DNA from: Alphaproteobacteria bacterium
GTDB taxonomy: Bacteria; Pseudomonadota; Alphaproteobacteria; UBA828
DNA length: 64,000 bases
Direction: 5' to 3'
Assembly (NCBI GenBank): GCA_965237415.1
Contig: CBDEFM010000002.1
Location: 3,971,331-4,035,330, forward strand
The translations under genes were made by a program, and so were the position numbers. Shown here piece after piece: positions 33,253 through 42,955 of the stretch; positions within the stretch are counted from its first letter, which is position 1; each line of letters starts with the position of its first letter. Below the pieces are notes generated by a model. It ran no database searches. It saw only the letters and a program-made list of their open reading frames with translations, and was not told the DNA's origin.

Positions 33253-34509
33253 TCAAATCGGCAGGCTCACCTCGAAGCAGGCGCCGCCGCCTTCGCGGGG
33301 CCGGCAGGTCGCATCGCCGCCGTGGCGCCGCGCAATCTGGCGCACGAGGCTGAGGCCGAGCCCGACGCCCCGCTCATCGCCCACGCTCTCCCGCCTGCCC
33401 GTCTGGCGATAGAAGGGCTCGAAGATTCGCTCCCGCTCCGCCTCCGGCACGCCGGGGCCGCGGTCCGAGACGCGGAGCAGGGCGTGCCCGTCACGCGCCT
33501 CGACCTCCACCAGGGCGGGGTTGCCGGGCGCGTGGTGCGCGGCATTCTCCAGCAGGTTGCGGATCAGGCGGGCGAGCAGCCGGCCTTCCCCCGCCAACGT
33601 CACGGGCTCGCCCGCGAAGTCGGCGCCGGCGCGCGCGGCCTCCTCGGCCGCGAGTGCCTGAAGGTCAATTCGCTCCAGGTGCTGGGGTCGCTCCAGGGTG
33701 CTGAGGCGGCTCGCCAGCAGGATCTCCTCGATCAGCTCGTCGAGGTCCTCGACGTCGCGCTCGACGCGCGCGCGGAGCGCGGGATCGCCGTTCTCGGCCA
33801 GTAGTTCCACCGCCATGCGGATGCGGGCGAGGGGCGTGCGCAGCTCGTGAGACGCCGCGGCGAGCGTGTCGCGCTGGGCCGCGACGAGCGCCTGAATGCG
33901 CTCGGCCGCCTGGTTGAAGCTGCGGGCCAGCGCCGCTATCTCGTCCTTGCCCTCGACCTCGACCCGCGTGGCGAGATCGCCTGCGCCCAATGCTTCGACT
34001 CGGCTCTGCAGCCGTTCCAGCCGTCTCGCCAGGCGGCGGGCGAGGGGATAGGCGCCGATGGCGACGGCGAGGGCGAGGAAGGCGAGGGCGGCGAGGAAAC
34101 CGATCGCCGGCCCGCCGGGAATGCCCCGGTCCGGGCGCACGAGGACGAGACGCCCGTCCGGGAGCGGCAGGGCAAAGGCGCGGCCCTTCCGCGTGCGCCA
34201 GCCGGCGGGCTTCCTTTTCGGCGCCGGGAGGGGCTCACCCAGGCTCGCGAGCAGCTTGCCGTCCGGCCCGAACACGCTGACACGGCCGTCGATATCCCCC
34301 GCCAACCGAGCGAGGGCGGCGTCCAGCTCGGCCTGTGGTGCATCGGGCACCGGCAGCGCCTCGGTCAGCAGTGCGCCGAGGCCCCGGCGAAGCTCCGCGC
34401 CGGGGTGCTCGTCACGCGCAAGCCACCAGCCGAGGGCGGCGAGCACGCCGAACAGCACGACGATGCCGAGTAGCGTCAGATAAACCTGGAGGAAGAGGCG
34501 CCGCCTCAC
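33253..34509 (-). CDS. HAMP-containing sensor histidine kinase (CpxA/RstB-like)
   Basis: GTG start overlapping the regulator stop; two TM segments, HAMP, SHELRTPL, NLLENA, DRGPG, GVGLGL. Confidence 0.93.
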   Translation of the reverse strand: MRRRLFLQVYLTLLGIVVLFGVLAALGWWLARDEHPGAELRRGLGALLTEALPVPDAPQAELDAALARLAGDIDGRVSVFGPDGKLLASLGEPLPAPKRKPAGWRTRKGRAFALPLPDGRLVLVRPDRGIPGGPAIGFLAALAFLALAVAIGAYPLARRLARRLERLQSRVEALGAGDLATRVEVEGKDEIAALARSFNQAAERIQALVAAQRDTLAAASHELRTPLARIRMAVELLAENGDPALRARVERDVEDLDELIEEILLASRLSTLERPQHLERIDLQALAAEEAARAGADFAGEPVTLAGEGRLLARLIRNLLENAAHHAPGNPALVEVEARDGHALLRVSDRGPGVPEAERERIFEPFYRQTGRRESVGDERGVGLGLSLVRQIARRHGGDATCRPREGGGACFEVSLPI

Positions 34510-35234
34510 GCGTCCTCGTCCTGGCTGCGCGTGAACAGATAGCCCGCACCCCGCAGGGTGACGATGCGGCGCGGGTTCTTGGGGTCGTCCTCGATCGCCG
34601 CCCTGATCCGCGAGATGTGCACGTCGATGCTGCGGTCGAAGGCCTCCAGTGCCTCGCCGCGCACCCGGTCCATAAGCTGCTCGCGGCTGAGCACGCGGCC
34701 AGCGCACTCCGCCAGCACGCAAAGGAGGTCGAACTGGTGGCCGGTAAGCGAGCGCTCCTCGTCATCGACCAGTATCCGGCGCGCCGCGCGGTCGATGGTG
34801 AGACGACCGAAACGCGTGATCTCGCCCGCCGCCGCCCGGCCTCCCCCGCCATCGCCCCCGCGGCGGCGCAGGATGGCGCGCAAGCGGGCCAGCAGCTCAC
34901 GTGGGTTGAACGGCTTGGGCAGGTAATCGTCGGCGCCGATCTCCAGGCCCACGATGCGGTCGGCCTCCTCGCCCCGCGCCGTCAGCATCAGGATCGGCAC
35001 GTCGGAGCGGGCACGGATCGCGCGGCAGATCGCGAGACCGTCGCCGTCGGGCAACATGAGGTCGAGCACGACTGCGTCGTAGCCGCCCTGGAGGGCCGCC
35101 GCCAGACCCGCCTCGGCACTCTCCCGATGGTCGAGCGTCATGCCCGCGCGGCTGAGATAAGTCGCCACCATCTCGGCGAGCGCGCGATCGTCCTCGATCA
35201 TCAGCAGGCGGGTCATGGTGCCATGACCCTTCAT
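34506..35234 (-). CDS. OmpR/CpxR-family response regulator (alternative start 35216)
   Basis: LLMIEDD, LDLMLP, GADDYLPKPFNPRELLAR, DRSIDVHISRIR; ATG at 35234 overlaps the GH3 stop. Confidence 0.95.
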   Translation of the reverse strand: MKGHGTMTRLLMIEDDRALAEMVATYLSRAGMTLDHRESAEAGLAAALQGGYDAVVLDLMLPDGDGLAICRAIRARSDVPILMLTARGEEADRIVGLEIGADDYLPKPFNPRELLARLRAILRRRGGDGGGGRAAAGEITRFGRLTIDRAARRILVDDEERSLTGHQFDLLCVLAECAGRVLSREQLMDRVRGEALEAFDRSIDVHISRIRAAIEDDPKNPRRIVTLRGAGYLFTRSQDEDA

Positions 35235-36814
35235 CGCATCATGGCCCCTTCTCTCGTCTCGCCGTACGCATCGGCAAAGCGGCGCAATGCGGCGAAGAGC
35301 TCCCGGTCGTTGACGATGCGGGGCACCTTGTTCTGGCCGCCGAGCTTGCCGCGGCTCTTCATCCACGCTGCGAAGGCGCCAGCGGGGAGAAAGCGCACGT
35401 GCGCCGCATCCATACCGTAACCGCCCGCGCGGTGGGCGGCATAATCGTCGTTGAGGCGGCACAGCGTCGCGTCGAGCTCTTCGGCGAAACGCGCCTCTCG
35501 CTCGGCGTCGAGCTCGTTCTCGCCGGTTTGCGCGCCCAACTCGACGATGTAGAGGTGCCCGCCGCGCGCACCGGTCTCCTCCGGAAACAGGCTTCCGGCG
35601 GCAAAATCGGAGACCGTCGCGCCGATCGCTCTTGCGGCCTCCGCCACGGCGCGCTCGACCTCGGCGCCGATCACATGCTCGCCGAAGGCGGACAGCATGT
35701 AGCTCGTCCGTCCGGTGACAAGAACGCGCGGCGGATCGCGCTCGACCACGGTCACCGTGTCGCCGACGAGGTAGCGCCAGAGGCCGGCGCAGGTGGTCAC
35801 CGCCAGCGCGTAGTTCACCCCCGGCTCGGCGTCGCCGACCCAGCGACAGTCTGGGTGCGCGCTGCCCAGCTGATCGACGGGGATGAACTCGTAGAAGATC
35901 CCGGTGTCGAGAAGAAGCCGGAGGCCTTCGCCGTCCGAACCGTCGGCGATGGCGAAAAACCCTTCGCTCGCCGGATAGACCTCGCGGGTCTCGGCGCGGC
36001 TGCCTTCGAGCAGGGCGGCGAAGCGGTCGCGATAGGGCGCCCAGGCGACGCCGCCATGCGTGAGCAGTTCGAGCGCGGGATAGATATCTGCGATCCGGCT
36101 CGCCGCCCCGCCCCGCCTGGCGCTGGCGATTTCCGCCAGACGCTCGAAATAGATTAGCAGCCAGCTCGGCGTGCCGACGACCGCCGTAATCTCCTCATCC
36201 AGGGAGCGTTCGGCAAAGCGGTCGATCTTGACCTGCCAATCGGCGATGCTTTCGAGCTCGCGTGGCGGAAAGTAGCGGAGTCGCGCCCAGCCGGGCATGG
36301 CGCTCGCCTCGATCCCGCTCAGGTCGCCGCTGACGACCCCCCGCGACTGGCGAACCAGGCCGGTGGAACCGCCGAGCATGAAGACGTGACCGGCAAACAG
36401 CCGGCTTTGCGGCCGATTGGCGAGATGGTGGGTCAAGAGTTCGGCGCCCGCGCGCACGTTGGACCTGTGCATCTCCCGGCTCACGGGGATGTATTTCGTG
36501 GCCCCGGTCGTCGTTCCCGACGAGACGGCGAACCAGGGAATGAGGCCGGGCCACGTGCAATCGGTCAGGCGGGGGAAGGGCTGGCGCCAATAGGCCTCCC
36601 AGAATGCATCGTAATCGCGCAACGGAACGCGCGAGCGATAGTCGTCGAGGGTCCAAGCCGTGGAGAACTCGTGGTCTCGCCCGAATTTCGTGCGCTGAGC
36701 GCGTCGGATGAGAGAGGACAAAACGCGGCGTTGCGCCTGTTGCGGCTCCATCGCCTCAAGTTGTCGAAGGCGCCGCCTTGCATAGAGCCGCAGAAGCCAG
36801 GTTGCGTCGTACAT
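35231..36814 (-). CDS. GH3-family acyl-adenylate/amide synthetase
   Basis: SSGTTTGATKYIP, SGDLS, YPASEGF, FYEFIP, GLWRYLVGD, KLGGQNKVPR. Confidence 0.92.
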   Translation of the reverse strand: MYDATWLLRLYARRRLRQLEAMEPQQAQRRVLSSLIRRAQRTKFGRDHEFSTAWTLDDYRSRVPLRDYDAFWEAYWRQPFPRLTDCTWPGLIPWFAVSSGTTTGATKYIPVSREMHRSNVRAGAELLTHHLANRPQSRLFAGHVFMLGGSTGLVRQSRGVVSGDLSGIEASAMPGWARLRYFPPRELESIADWQVKIDRFAERSLDEEITAVVGTPSWLLIYFERLAEIASARRGGAASRIADIYPALELLTHGGVAWAPYRDRFAALLEGSRAETREVYPASEGFFAIADGSDGEGLRLLLDTGIFYEFIPVDQLGSAHPDCRWVGDAEPGVNYALAVTTCAGLWRYLVGDTVTVVERDPPRVLVTGRTSYMLSAFGEHVIGAEVERAVAEAARAIGATVSDFAAGSLFPEETGARGGHLYIVELGAQTGENELDAEREARFAEELDATLCRLNDDYAAHRAGGYGMDAAHVRFLPAGAFAAWMKSRGKLGGQNKVPRIVNDRELFAALRRFADAYGETREGAMMR

Positions 36815-36846
36815 GGTTCGGTTGCAGGCGTCTCTGCGTCCCTGGG

Positions 36847-39129
36847 TCAGTTCTCGAGCGTGAGCGTGTGGGGGAAGCTGGCGCGGACCCCGGCGAGTGT
36901 CAGAGGCACGCGGACGTAGTCACCGCGCCGCCACAACTCCCACTGATCCAGAATGGTCGTGCTGTTGAACCAGCCATCCTGCCCGCCGAGGAGGACGAAA
37001 TAGTTTTCGTCCGGGTCCGTCATGTCGGAAATGTGGCGCGCATTGGACCCGTAATTGACGGTATGCCGGTCGGCGGTGGTCTCGTGCGCGGTCTTCATCA
37101 GCGTGTCCGAGCTACCGCCGACGCCGGCTTCGGCAAACTCGTAGCGCCCGCCGATGAGTGGGACGTTGGCGAGTGGATGCGCGAGGCTCAGGCGGTGCAT
37201 CTCTCCCCAGTCTGCGAACGACTCGAGGCCATCGATGGCCGCTTCCAGACCGGCTGCGAGCGCCGCGCGCAGCGTCTCCTCGTCGGCGGCGGCGACGTCC
37301 TTGTGCAGCAGCGCCGTGCGCCGGCCGACCGAGGCAAACGCCTCCCCGTCGTCTTCTCCATAGAGCAGGACGTAGAAGCTGGCGGTGAAGGCGTGGCAGA
37401 ACTGCTCGAACGCGACCGCCCCGATCGAGTCGGACCGGTACTCTCCGTCCCAGTTGCGCAGCCGCTCGATCGCCTTCTTGCCGTCGGCATCGGCTGCTGC
37501 GGACATTCCCAACGCATCGAGCGTGGCGACGAAGAGATCGCGCAGCGTCACCGACGACGCCATATGGACGTCCTGCTGCAGCGCCTTGAGCGTCTCGACA
37601 CCCACCGCGCCCTCGGCCTCGATGAGGGCGCTCATTCGGTCCACCCGGTCGTCGCGCGAGAAGAAGAATCCTACCGGCATTGTTGTCGCCGACGGCCGGT
37701 TGTTGGCGGAGACCAGGTAACCCGAGTCCGGATTGTAGCTGTAGGGCAGATCCGCGGCGGTGCGCATCGCGTCCCAGGATGCGTCATGGCCGGCCGTGTC
37801 GAGAGCGATATCGGCGGGCGGCCCCTCGCGGCTGGGAAGCCACGCCGCCATGACCTGGCCGATATTCCCTTCGCCGTCCGCGTAGAGCATGTTCTGACCG
37901 GGTACGGCGAAGGCGTCGAATGCGGCGCGGAACTCGGCGAAGGTGCGCGCCCGGCTCACCGCGAGCATGGCGCCGATTTCGTCACTCGCATCGTGACCGG
38001 TCCATTTCAGCGCGAGCGGCGGCAGGTCCATGTCTGCGAGGAGCGGCGCGTCGGTCACAATCGGCCCCCACCGCGTCTCGCGGACGGTCACATCGCTGTC
38101 GAACCACCAGCGCACGCCGATGCTCTCGCTCCGCTCCTCGATCTCCGATGTCGGCACCTCACTGACATCGTAGAGATCGCTCGAGGCCGCGCGCATGTTC
38201 GTGCCTCCCCAGGCGATGTAGGGGTTACGACCGATGGCAAAGATCGGCAGACCCGGGGCCATCAGCCCCACCGCGTGATAGGACGGCGAGTGCACGCCGG
38301 CGATCAGCCAGACATTGGGAACGAGGATGCCCAAATGCGGGTCGTTGGCCATGAGCGCGCCGCCCGTATCGGTGCGATGGCCCGCCACCGCGAGGCTGTT
38401 GCTGCCGGACTTCGAGAGCCCGCCGAGCCATCGCTTCGCCTGGGCCAACTTCTCGTCTCCCTCGAAACTCGATAGCGACACCGTTCCGTCCGTCATCAGA
38501 CGCCCCCAAAGCTCGTCCCAGCCGGCCCGTGCGCGCAGCGGGAGCAGGTCCGCCCAGACCAACCAGTTCACGTCCGTGCCGGCGAGGCGCCCCATGGCGA
38601 ACACGTCCTCCAGCGTCCAGGGTTCGGGCTCCAGGCCGAGAACGCCGAAGTCATGCGGCAGTTCGCTCGCAGTGTCCTGGTAATGGTTGATGCCGTCCAC
38701 GAAACGCTGGACCCACCGCCGCGTGGCCTCGTCCATGCCCTGCTCGATCTCCGCCGCAGCGCGGGCGTAGGAGAGGGTGCGCAGTCCGTGGTCGATGTCG
38801 ACGCCCAGAGGGCCGATCATCTCCGACACACGCCCGCGGGCAATCATGCGCATCGTCGCCATCTGGCCGAGCCTCAGATGGGCGTGCACGAGGCCGAGCG
38901 CGAACGCCGCATCGCCGTCGCTATCAGCTTCAATGAACGGAATCTGCCGCTCGCTCCAGTGGATCGTCACTGCTCCGTCGAGCGGTAGGCCATGCGTGGG
39001 GAACGCTGCCAGACGCTCGGCGACATCCTTCTGCTTCGGTAACGGGGCGAGCAGCGCGCAGCTGGACACGACGAGGGCCGCCGCGCCGATGGCGAGCCCG
39101 ATGGAGAGGGAGGAGAGAAAGGCGGCCAT
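36847..39129 (-). CDS. Penicillin acylase-family Ntn hydrolase (predicted lipoprotein)
   Basis: Lipobox VSSC; IPFIEA, GLVHA, beta-chain start GSNSLAV, ANDPHL, GQNMLYAD, SANN, GGQDG. Confidence 0.92.
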   Translation of the reverse strand: MAAFLSSLSIGLAIGAAALVVSSCALLAPLPKQKDVAERLAAFPTHGLPLDGAVTIHWSERQIPFIEADSDGDAAFALGLVHAHLRLGQMATMRMIARGRVSEMIGPLGVDIDHGLRTLSYARAAAEIEQGMDEATRRWVQRFVDGINHYQDTASELPHDFGVLGLEPEPWTLEDVFAMGRLAGTDVNWLVWADLLPLRARAGWDELWGRLMTDGTVSLSSFEGDEKLAQAKRWLGGLSKSGSNSLAVAGHRTDTGGALMANDPHLGILVPNVWLIAGVHSPSYHAVGLMAPGLPIFAIGRNPYIAWGGTNMRAASSDLYDVSEVPTSEIEERSESIGVRWWFDSDVTVRETRWGPIVTDAPLLADMDLPPLALKWTGHDASDEIGAMLAVSRARTFAEFRAAFDAFAVPGQNMLYADGEGNIGQVMAAWLPSREGPPADIALDTAGHDASWDAMRTAADLPYSYNPDSGYLVSANNRPSATTMPVGFFFSRDDRVDRMSALIEAEGAVGVETLKALQQDVHMASSVTLRDLFVATLDALGMSAAADADGKKAIERLRNWDGEYRSDSIGAVAFEQFCHAFTASFYVLLYGEDDGEAFASVGRRTALLHKDVAAADEETLRAALAAGLEAAIDGLESFADWGEMHRLSLAHPLANVPLIGGRYEFAEAGVGGSSDTLMKTAHETTADRHTVNYGSNARHISDMTDPDENYFVLLGGQDGWFNSTTILDQWELWRRGDYVRVPLTLAGVRASFPHTLTLEN

Positions 39130-39305
39130 GCGGTCCTCCAGGCAACGACGTGCTCTCCCTTATACGCCGTATGCCGCGCATTCGGAGAGGGGCGGGCGGA
39201 ACCCCCTTACGCAGGGATGTAAGGAGGCTCCGCCCGCAGGAGCACGGGTGCTGTGCGGTGGGAGTTGCCGCACGTCACCCTCGGCCCGGCAAAGTGCCGG
39301 TCCGT

Positions 39306-39830
39306 TCAGTCGCGCCGGTCGCGCCGGTCGTGCCAGCCGTGCGATTTCCATTCCGCCGCCAGCTCCTTGCGCTGGGCGGGCGTCAGCACGTCGGCCGCGT
39401 CGGCGAGCGCGGTGAGCATGCGCTGGCTCATGCCGTCGACCGTCTCAAGCTTGCGCTGACGTAGCGTTTCCAGTTCCGCGCGGTCGACCGTCTCCTTGGT
39501 GAGCGCCTCGACGAGCGCTCGCCGGCCCTCGCGCTTGAATTCGCGGAACTCACCCATATCGGCGATCGCCGCGGTCACGATGGCGCGCACTTGAGTGCGC
39601 TGGTCATCGGTGGCCTCGACCTCTTCGAGCATATCGTCGATCCGCCACTCAACGTACTTGCCGAAGTCGTGGCCGCCCCCGCGCCACTTGGAATAGCCCC
39701 CCGTGCTCAAGGCGGTGCCGGCAATGGCCACGACGAGGGCGCCGGCGATGCCCATGAGGACCCAGCGGGTGCGTGGCCTGCGGCGGGTGGTTTTCTGCGT
39801 GTTGTCTTCCGTGCTCTTGTCGTCGCTCAT
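39306..39830 (-). CDS. Spy/CpxP-family periplasmic protein
   Basis: N-terminal TM/signal; ATDDQR...VDRAELETLR...VLTPAQR LTxxQ motifs. Confidence 0.85.
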   Translation of the reverse strand: MSDDKSTEDNTQKTTRRRPRTRWVLMGIAGALVVAIAGTALSTGGYSKWRGGGHDFGKYVEWRIDDMLEEVEATDDQRTQVRAIVTAAIADMGEFREFKREGRRALVEALTKETVDRAELETLRQRKLETVDGMSQRMLTALADAADVLTPAQRKELAAEWKSHGWHDRRDRRD

Positions 39831-39910
39831 CTCTCGGCCTCTTCTCTCTGTGGGTGGGGTTCGACATGAGAGAACATGGGGTGGCGCGGTTGCCGGCCGA
39901 TTTCCGGCAG

Positions 39911-39925
39911 GTAAAGAATTGTAAA
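39911..39925. promoter_or_regulatory. CpxR-type direct-repeat binding box
   Basis: GTAAA-gaatt-GTAAA, an exact GTAAA-N5-GTAAA about 80 bp upstream of the Spy/CpxP gene. Confidence 0.7.
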
Positions 39926-40059
39926 GAAGAACGGCCACTCGACGGCCGGGGCGGAGGGAGAATGCAAGCCCCAGCCGCGGTCTCTGGACGGGTGCCGGGC
40001 GCTCGTGGCATAAGCGGAAGCGCCGGGCTGCACCGGGCGCGGGAGCACTGGCGGGAAAC

Positions 40060-40437
40060 ATGGCGACGATCGGCACGCGGCTCTTCACGCTGCTCTGCGG
40101 CGCGCTGGTGGGCGAAGACGACGCCGGCAACCGCTACTATCGCGAGCGGCGCCGGCGCGCCGGCCTGCGCGAGCGGCGCTGGGTGGTGTACGAGGGCGAG
40201 GTGGAGGCATCGCGGGTGCCGCCAGAGTGGCACCGCTGGCTCCACCACACCACCGACGAGCCGCCGACGGAAGCACCGCTCCGGGCGCAGCCCTGGGAGA
40301 AGCCGCATCTGCCCAATCTCACCGGCACCGCCGCGGCCTATCGGCCGCCGGGCCACATCCTGGGCGCCGGCAAGCGCGACCGCGCGACCGGGGACTATGA
40401 GCCGTGGCAGCCCGACGAGGGGCCGGCGGGCGGCTGA
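40060..40437 (+). CDS. NADH:ubiquinone oxidoreductase NDUFA12-like subunit
   Basis: VGEDDAGNRYY, RRWVVY, VPPEWHRWLH, WEKPHLPNLTGT. Confidence 0.93.
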   Translation: MATIGTRLFTLLCGALVGEDDAGNRYYRERRRRAGLRERRWVVYEGEVEASRVPPEWHRWLHHTTDEPPTEAPLRAQPWEKPHLPNLTGTAAAYRPPGHILGAGKRDRATGDYEPWQPDEGPAGG

Positions 40438-40477
40438 GAGCAGGAAGGCTGAGAAGGTCGCGCCGGCGGCTGTTCAG

Positions 40478-41725
40478 TTAGGCCGGGCGGATCAGAGCGT
40501 GGCGCTTCTTGCCTGCGGAGAGCTTGATCCGGCCATCGTCGCCAATGTCGTCCGGCCCTATCGCGCGAGTTTCCGACTCTATCACTTCGCCATTGATGCG
40601 TGCGCCGCCGCCCCGGATGAGCCGCCGCGCTGCCCCGCCGGACTCGCACAAGCCCGCCGCCTGAAACAGCAGGATCGCGGGGATTCCGGCCTCCAGCTCG
40701 CTGCGGGCGGCGTCGATGACCGGCAGGTCCGCGCCGGACGCGCCTTCCTCGAAGGTCTGGCGCGCGGTCTCGGCGGCGTTCGCGGCGGCGTCAGGGCCGT
40801 GGCAAAGGCTCGTCGCCTCGTTCGCCAGCAGCTTCTTCGATTCGTTCAGCTCGGCGCCTCCGAGCGCCTCGTGGCGCGCGATCTCGTCGAGGGGGAGCTC
40901 GGTGAAGAGCCGCATGAAGCGGCCGACGTCGGCATCGTCGGTGTTGCGCCAGAACTGCCAGTAGTCGTAGGCCGAGAGCCGGTCGGCGTTGAGCCAGACG
41001 GCGCCCTGGGCGGTCTTGCCCATCTTCGCGCCGGAGGCGAGGGTGATAAGCGGCGTGGTCAACCCGTAGAGCTGGCGCCCGTCGATACGGCGCGCGAGGT
41101 CCACCCCGTTCACGATGTTGCCCCACTGGTCGGAGCCGCCCATCTGCAGGCGGCAGTCCTCGCGCCGCGAAAGCTCGAGAAAGTCGTAGGCCTGGAGGAT
41201 CATGTAGTTGAACTCCAGGAAGCTGAGCGGTTGCTCGCGGTCGAGACGCAGGCGCACGCTGTCGAAGGTGAGCATCCGGTTGATCGAGAAGTGGGCGCCC
41301 ACGTCCCTGAGAAGCGGGATGTAGCCGAGCGTGTCGAGCCAGTCGGCGTTGTCGACGAGCAGCGCGTCGGAGGGCCCGTCGCCGAAGGAGAGGAAACGGT
41401 CGAACGAGCGCCGGATGCCCTGCCTGTTCGCGGCGATGTCCTCTTCGCTCAGGAGCGACCGCGACTCATCGCGTCCGCTCGGGTCGCCGATCTTGGTCGT
41501 GCCGCCGCCCAAGAGGACGATCGGCCGGTGCCCCGTGGTTTGGAGCCAGCGCAGCATCATGATCTGCACGAGGCTGCCGACATGCAGGCTGTCGGCCGTG
41601 CAGTCGAAGCCGATGTAGGCGTTGACGCGCCCCTGCGTGGCCAGCGCATCCAGCCCCGTATCGTCGGTGCACTGGTGGATGTAGCCGCGCTCCTTGAGCA
41701 CGCGCATGAATTCGGAGGTGAACAC
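40478..41725 (-). CDS. tyrS: Tyrosine--tRNA ligase
   Basis: [33 protein letters not shown]4 tail. Confidence 0.98.
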   Translation of the reverse strand: MFTSEFMRVLKERGYIHQCTDDTGLDALATQGRVNAYIGFDCTADSLHVGSLVQIMMLRWLQTTGHRPIVLLGGGTTKIGDPSGRDESRSLLSEEDIAANRQGIRRSFDRFLSFGDGPSDALLVDNADWLDTLGYIPLLRDVGAHFSINRMLTFDSVRLRLDREQPLSFLEFNYMILQAYDFLELSRREDCRLQMGGSDQWGNIVNGVDLARRIDGRQLYGLTTPLITLASGAKMGKTAQGAVWLNADRLSAYDYWQFWRNTDDADVGRFMRLFTELPLDEIARHEALGGAELNESKKLLANEATSLCHGPDAAANAAETARQTFEEGASGADLPVIDAARSELEAGIPAILLFQAAGLCESGGAARRLIRGGGARINGEVIESETRAIGPDDIGDDGRIKLSAGKKRHALIRPA

Positions 41726-41853
41726 CGTCGCTCGACCCGCTGGCTGCCGATCTGCCCGGCGGCGCAGGCGCGCCGCGCCCGGGCGCGCGGTCGTGTATCA
41801 CAGGGGCGGCGCATCGACAACGCGGCACCTATCTGGGCAACCGGCCCTCACTC

Positions 41854-42951
41854 GTGAGCGAAACCCGCGTACAAGGCCCAATCTGGGCCCTTGGCATGAT
41901 GAGCGGCACCTCGCTCGACGGCGCCGACGCGGCCTTGATCGAGACCGACGGCATCACGGTCGCGGCGACTGGCCCGTGGCGCACCGCCCCCTATCCGGCC
42001 GACCTGCGCGATCGGCTACGGGCGGTGATCGAGGGGCGTGGCGCGCGCCAGGCGGCCGAGCGCGCGCTGACCGAATTCCACGCCGATCTCGCGGGGGCCT
42101 TGCTGACCGAGGCCGGCGTGCGCAGGGAGGAGGTCGCGCTGGTGGGCTTCCCCGGCCACACGGTCCACCACGAGCCGGAGGCCGGGCGCACCGACCAGAT
42201 CGGCGACGGTGCGGCGCTAGCTCAGAGGCTCGGGATCGGCGTGGTGAACGATTTCCGCAGCAACGATGTGCGGGCGGGCGGGCAGGGGGCGCCGCTCGTG
42301 CCGCTCTTTCATGCGGCGCTCGCCCGGCGGAGCGGTCTGGCGACGCCGCTCGCCGTGCTCAACCTCGGCGGCGTCGCCAACGTCACCTGGATCGGCGGCC
42401 CGGCCGATGACGACCTGCTGGCCTTCGACACCGGCCCCGGCTGCGCACTCATCGACGACTGGGTACGGCGCCAGACCGGCGCTGCGCTCGACCGCGACGG
42501 CCGGCTGGCGCGCTCAGGCACGGTCGACCCGGCCGCGCTCGGCACTCTGATGGCGCATCCTTATTTCGACGCGCCGCCGCCCAAGTCGCTGGACCGCAAT
42601 GCCTTCGACCCGGCGCCGGTCGCGGATTTGGCGGCGGGCGACGGCGCCGCGACCCTGGTCGCCTTCACCGTCGAAGCCGTGCGCCGTGCGCTCGGCCACA
42701 TGCCGCGCCCGCCCGAGCGCTGGCTGGTGACGGGCGGCGGACGACACAACCAGGCGCTGATGGCGGCGCTCAACGAACGTCTGGCTGCGCCCTGCGATCC
42801 GGTGGAGAGCGTCGGCTGGCAGGGCGATGCGCTGGAGGCGCAGGCCTTCGGCTTCCTCGCCGTCCGCAGCCGGCGCGGGCTGCCGCTCAGCCTGCCGCGC
42901 ATCACCGGCGCGCCTCGCCCGGTGAGCGGCGGGGTCTTCCACCCGGCTTAG
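41854..42951 (+). CDS. anmK: Anhydro-N-acetylmuramic acid kinase
   Basis: MSGTSLDG, GGQGAPLVP, NLGGVAN, FDTGPG, GGGRHN; divergent from tyrS. Confidence 0.95.
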   Translation: MSETRVQGPIWALGMMSGTSLDGADAALIETDGITVAATGPWRTAPYPADLRDRLRAVIEGRGARQAAERALTEFHADLAGALLTEAGVRREEVALVGFPGHTVHHEPEAGRTDQIGDGAALAQRLGIGVVNDFRSNDVRAGGQGAPLVPLFHAALARRSGLATPLAVLNLGGVANVTWIGGPADDDLLAFDTGPGCALIDDWVRRQTGAALDRDGRLARSGTVDPAALGTLMAHPYFDAPPPKSLDRNAFDPAPVADLAAGDGAATLVAFTVEAVRRALGHMPRPPERWLVTGGGRHNQALMAALNERLAAPCDPVESVGWQGDALEAQAFGFLAVRSRRGLPLSLPRITGAPRPVSGGVFHPA

Positions 42952-42955
42952 AAAC

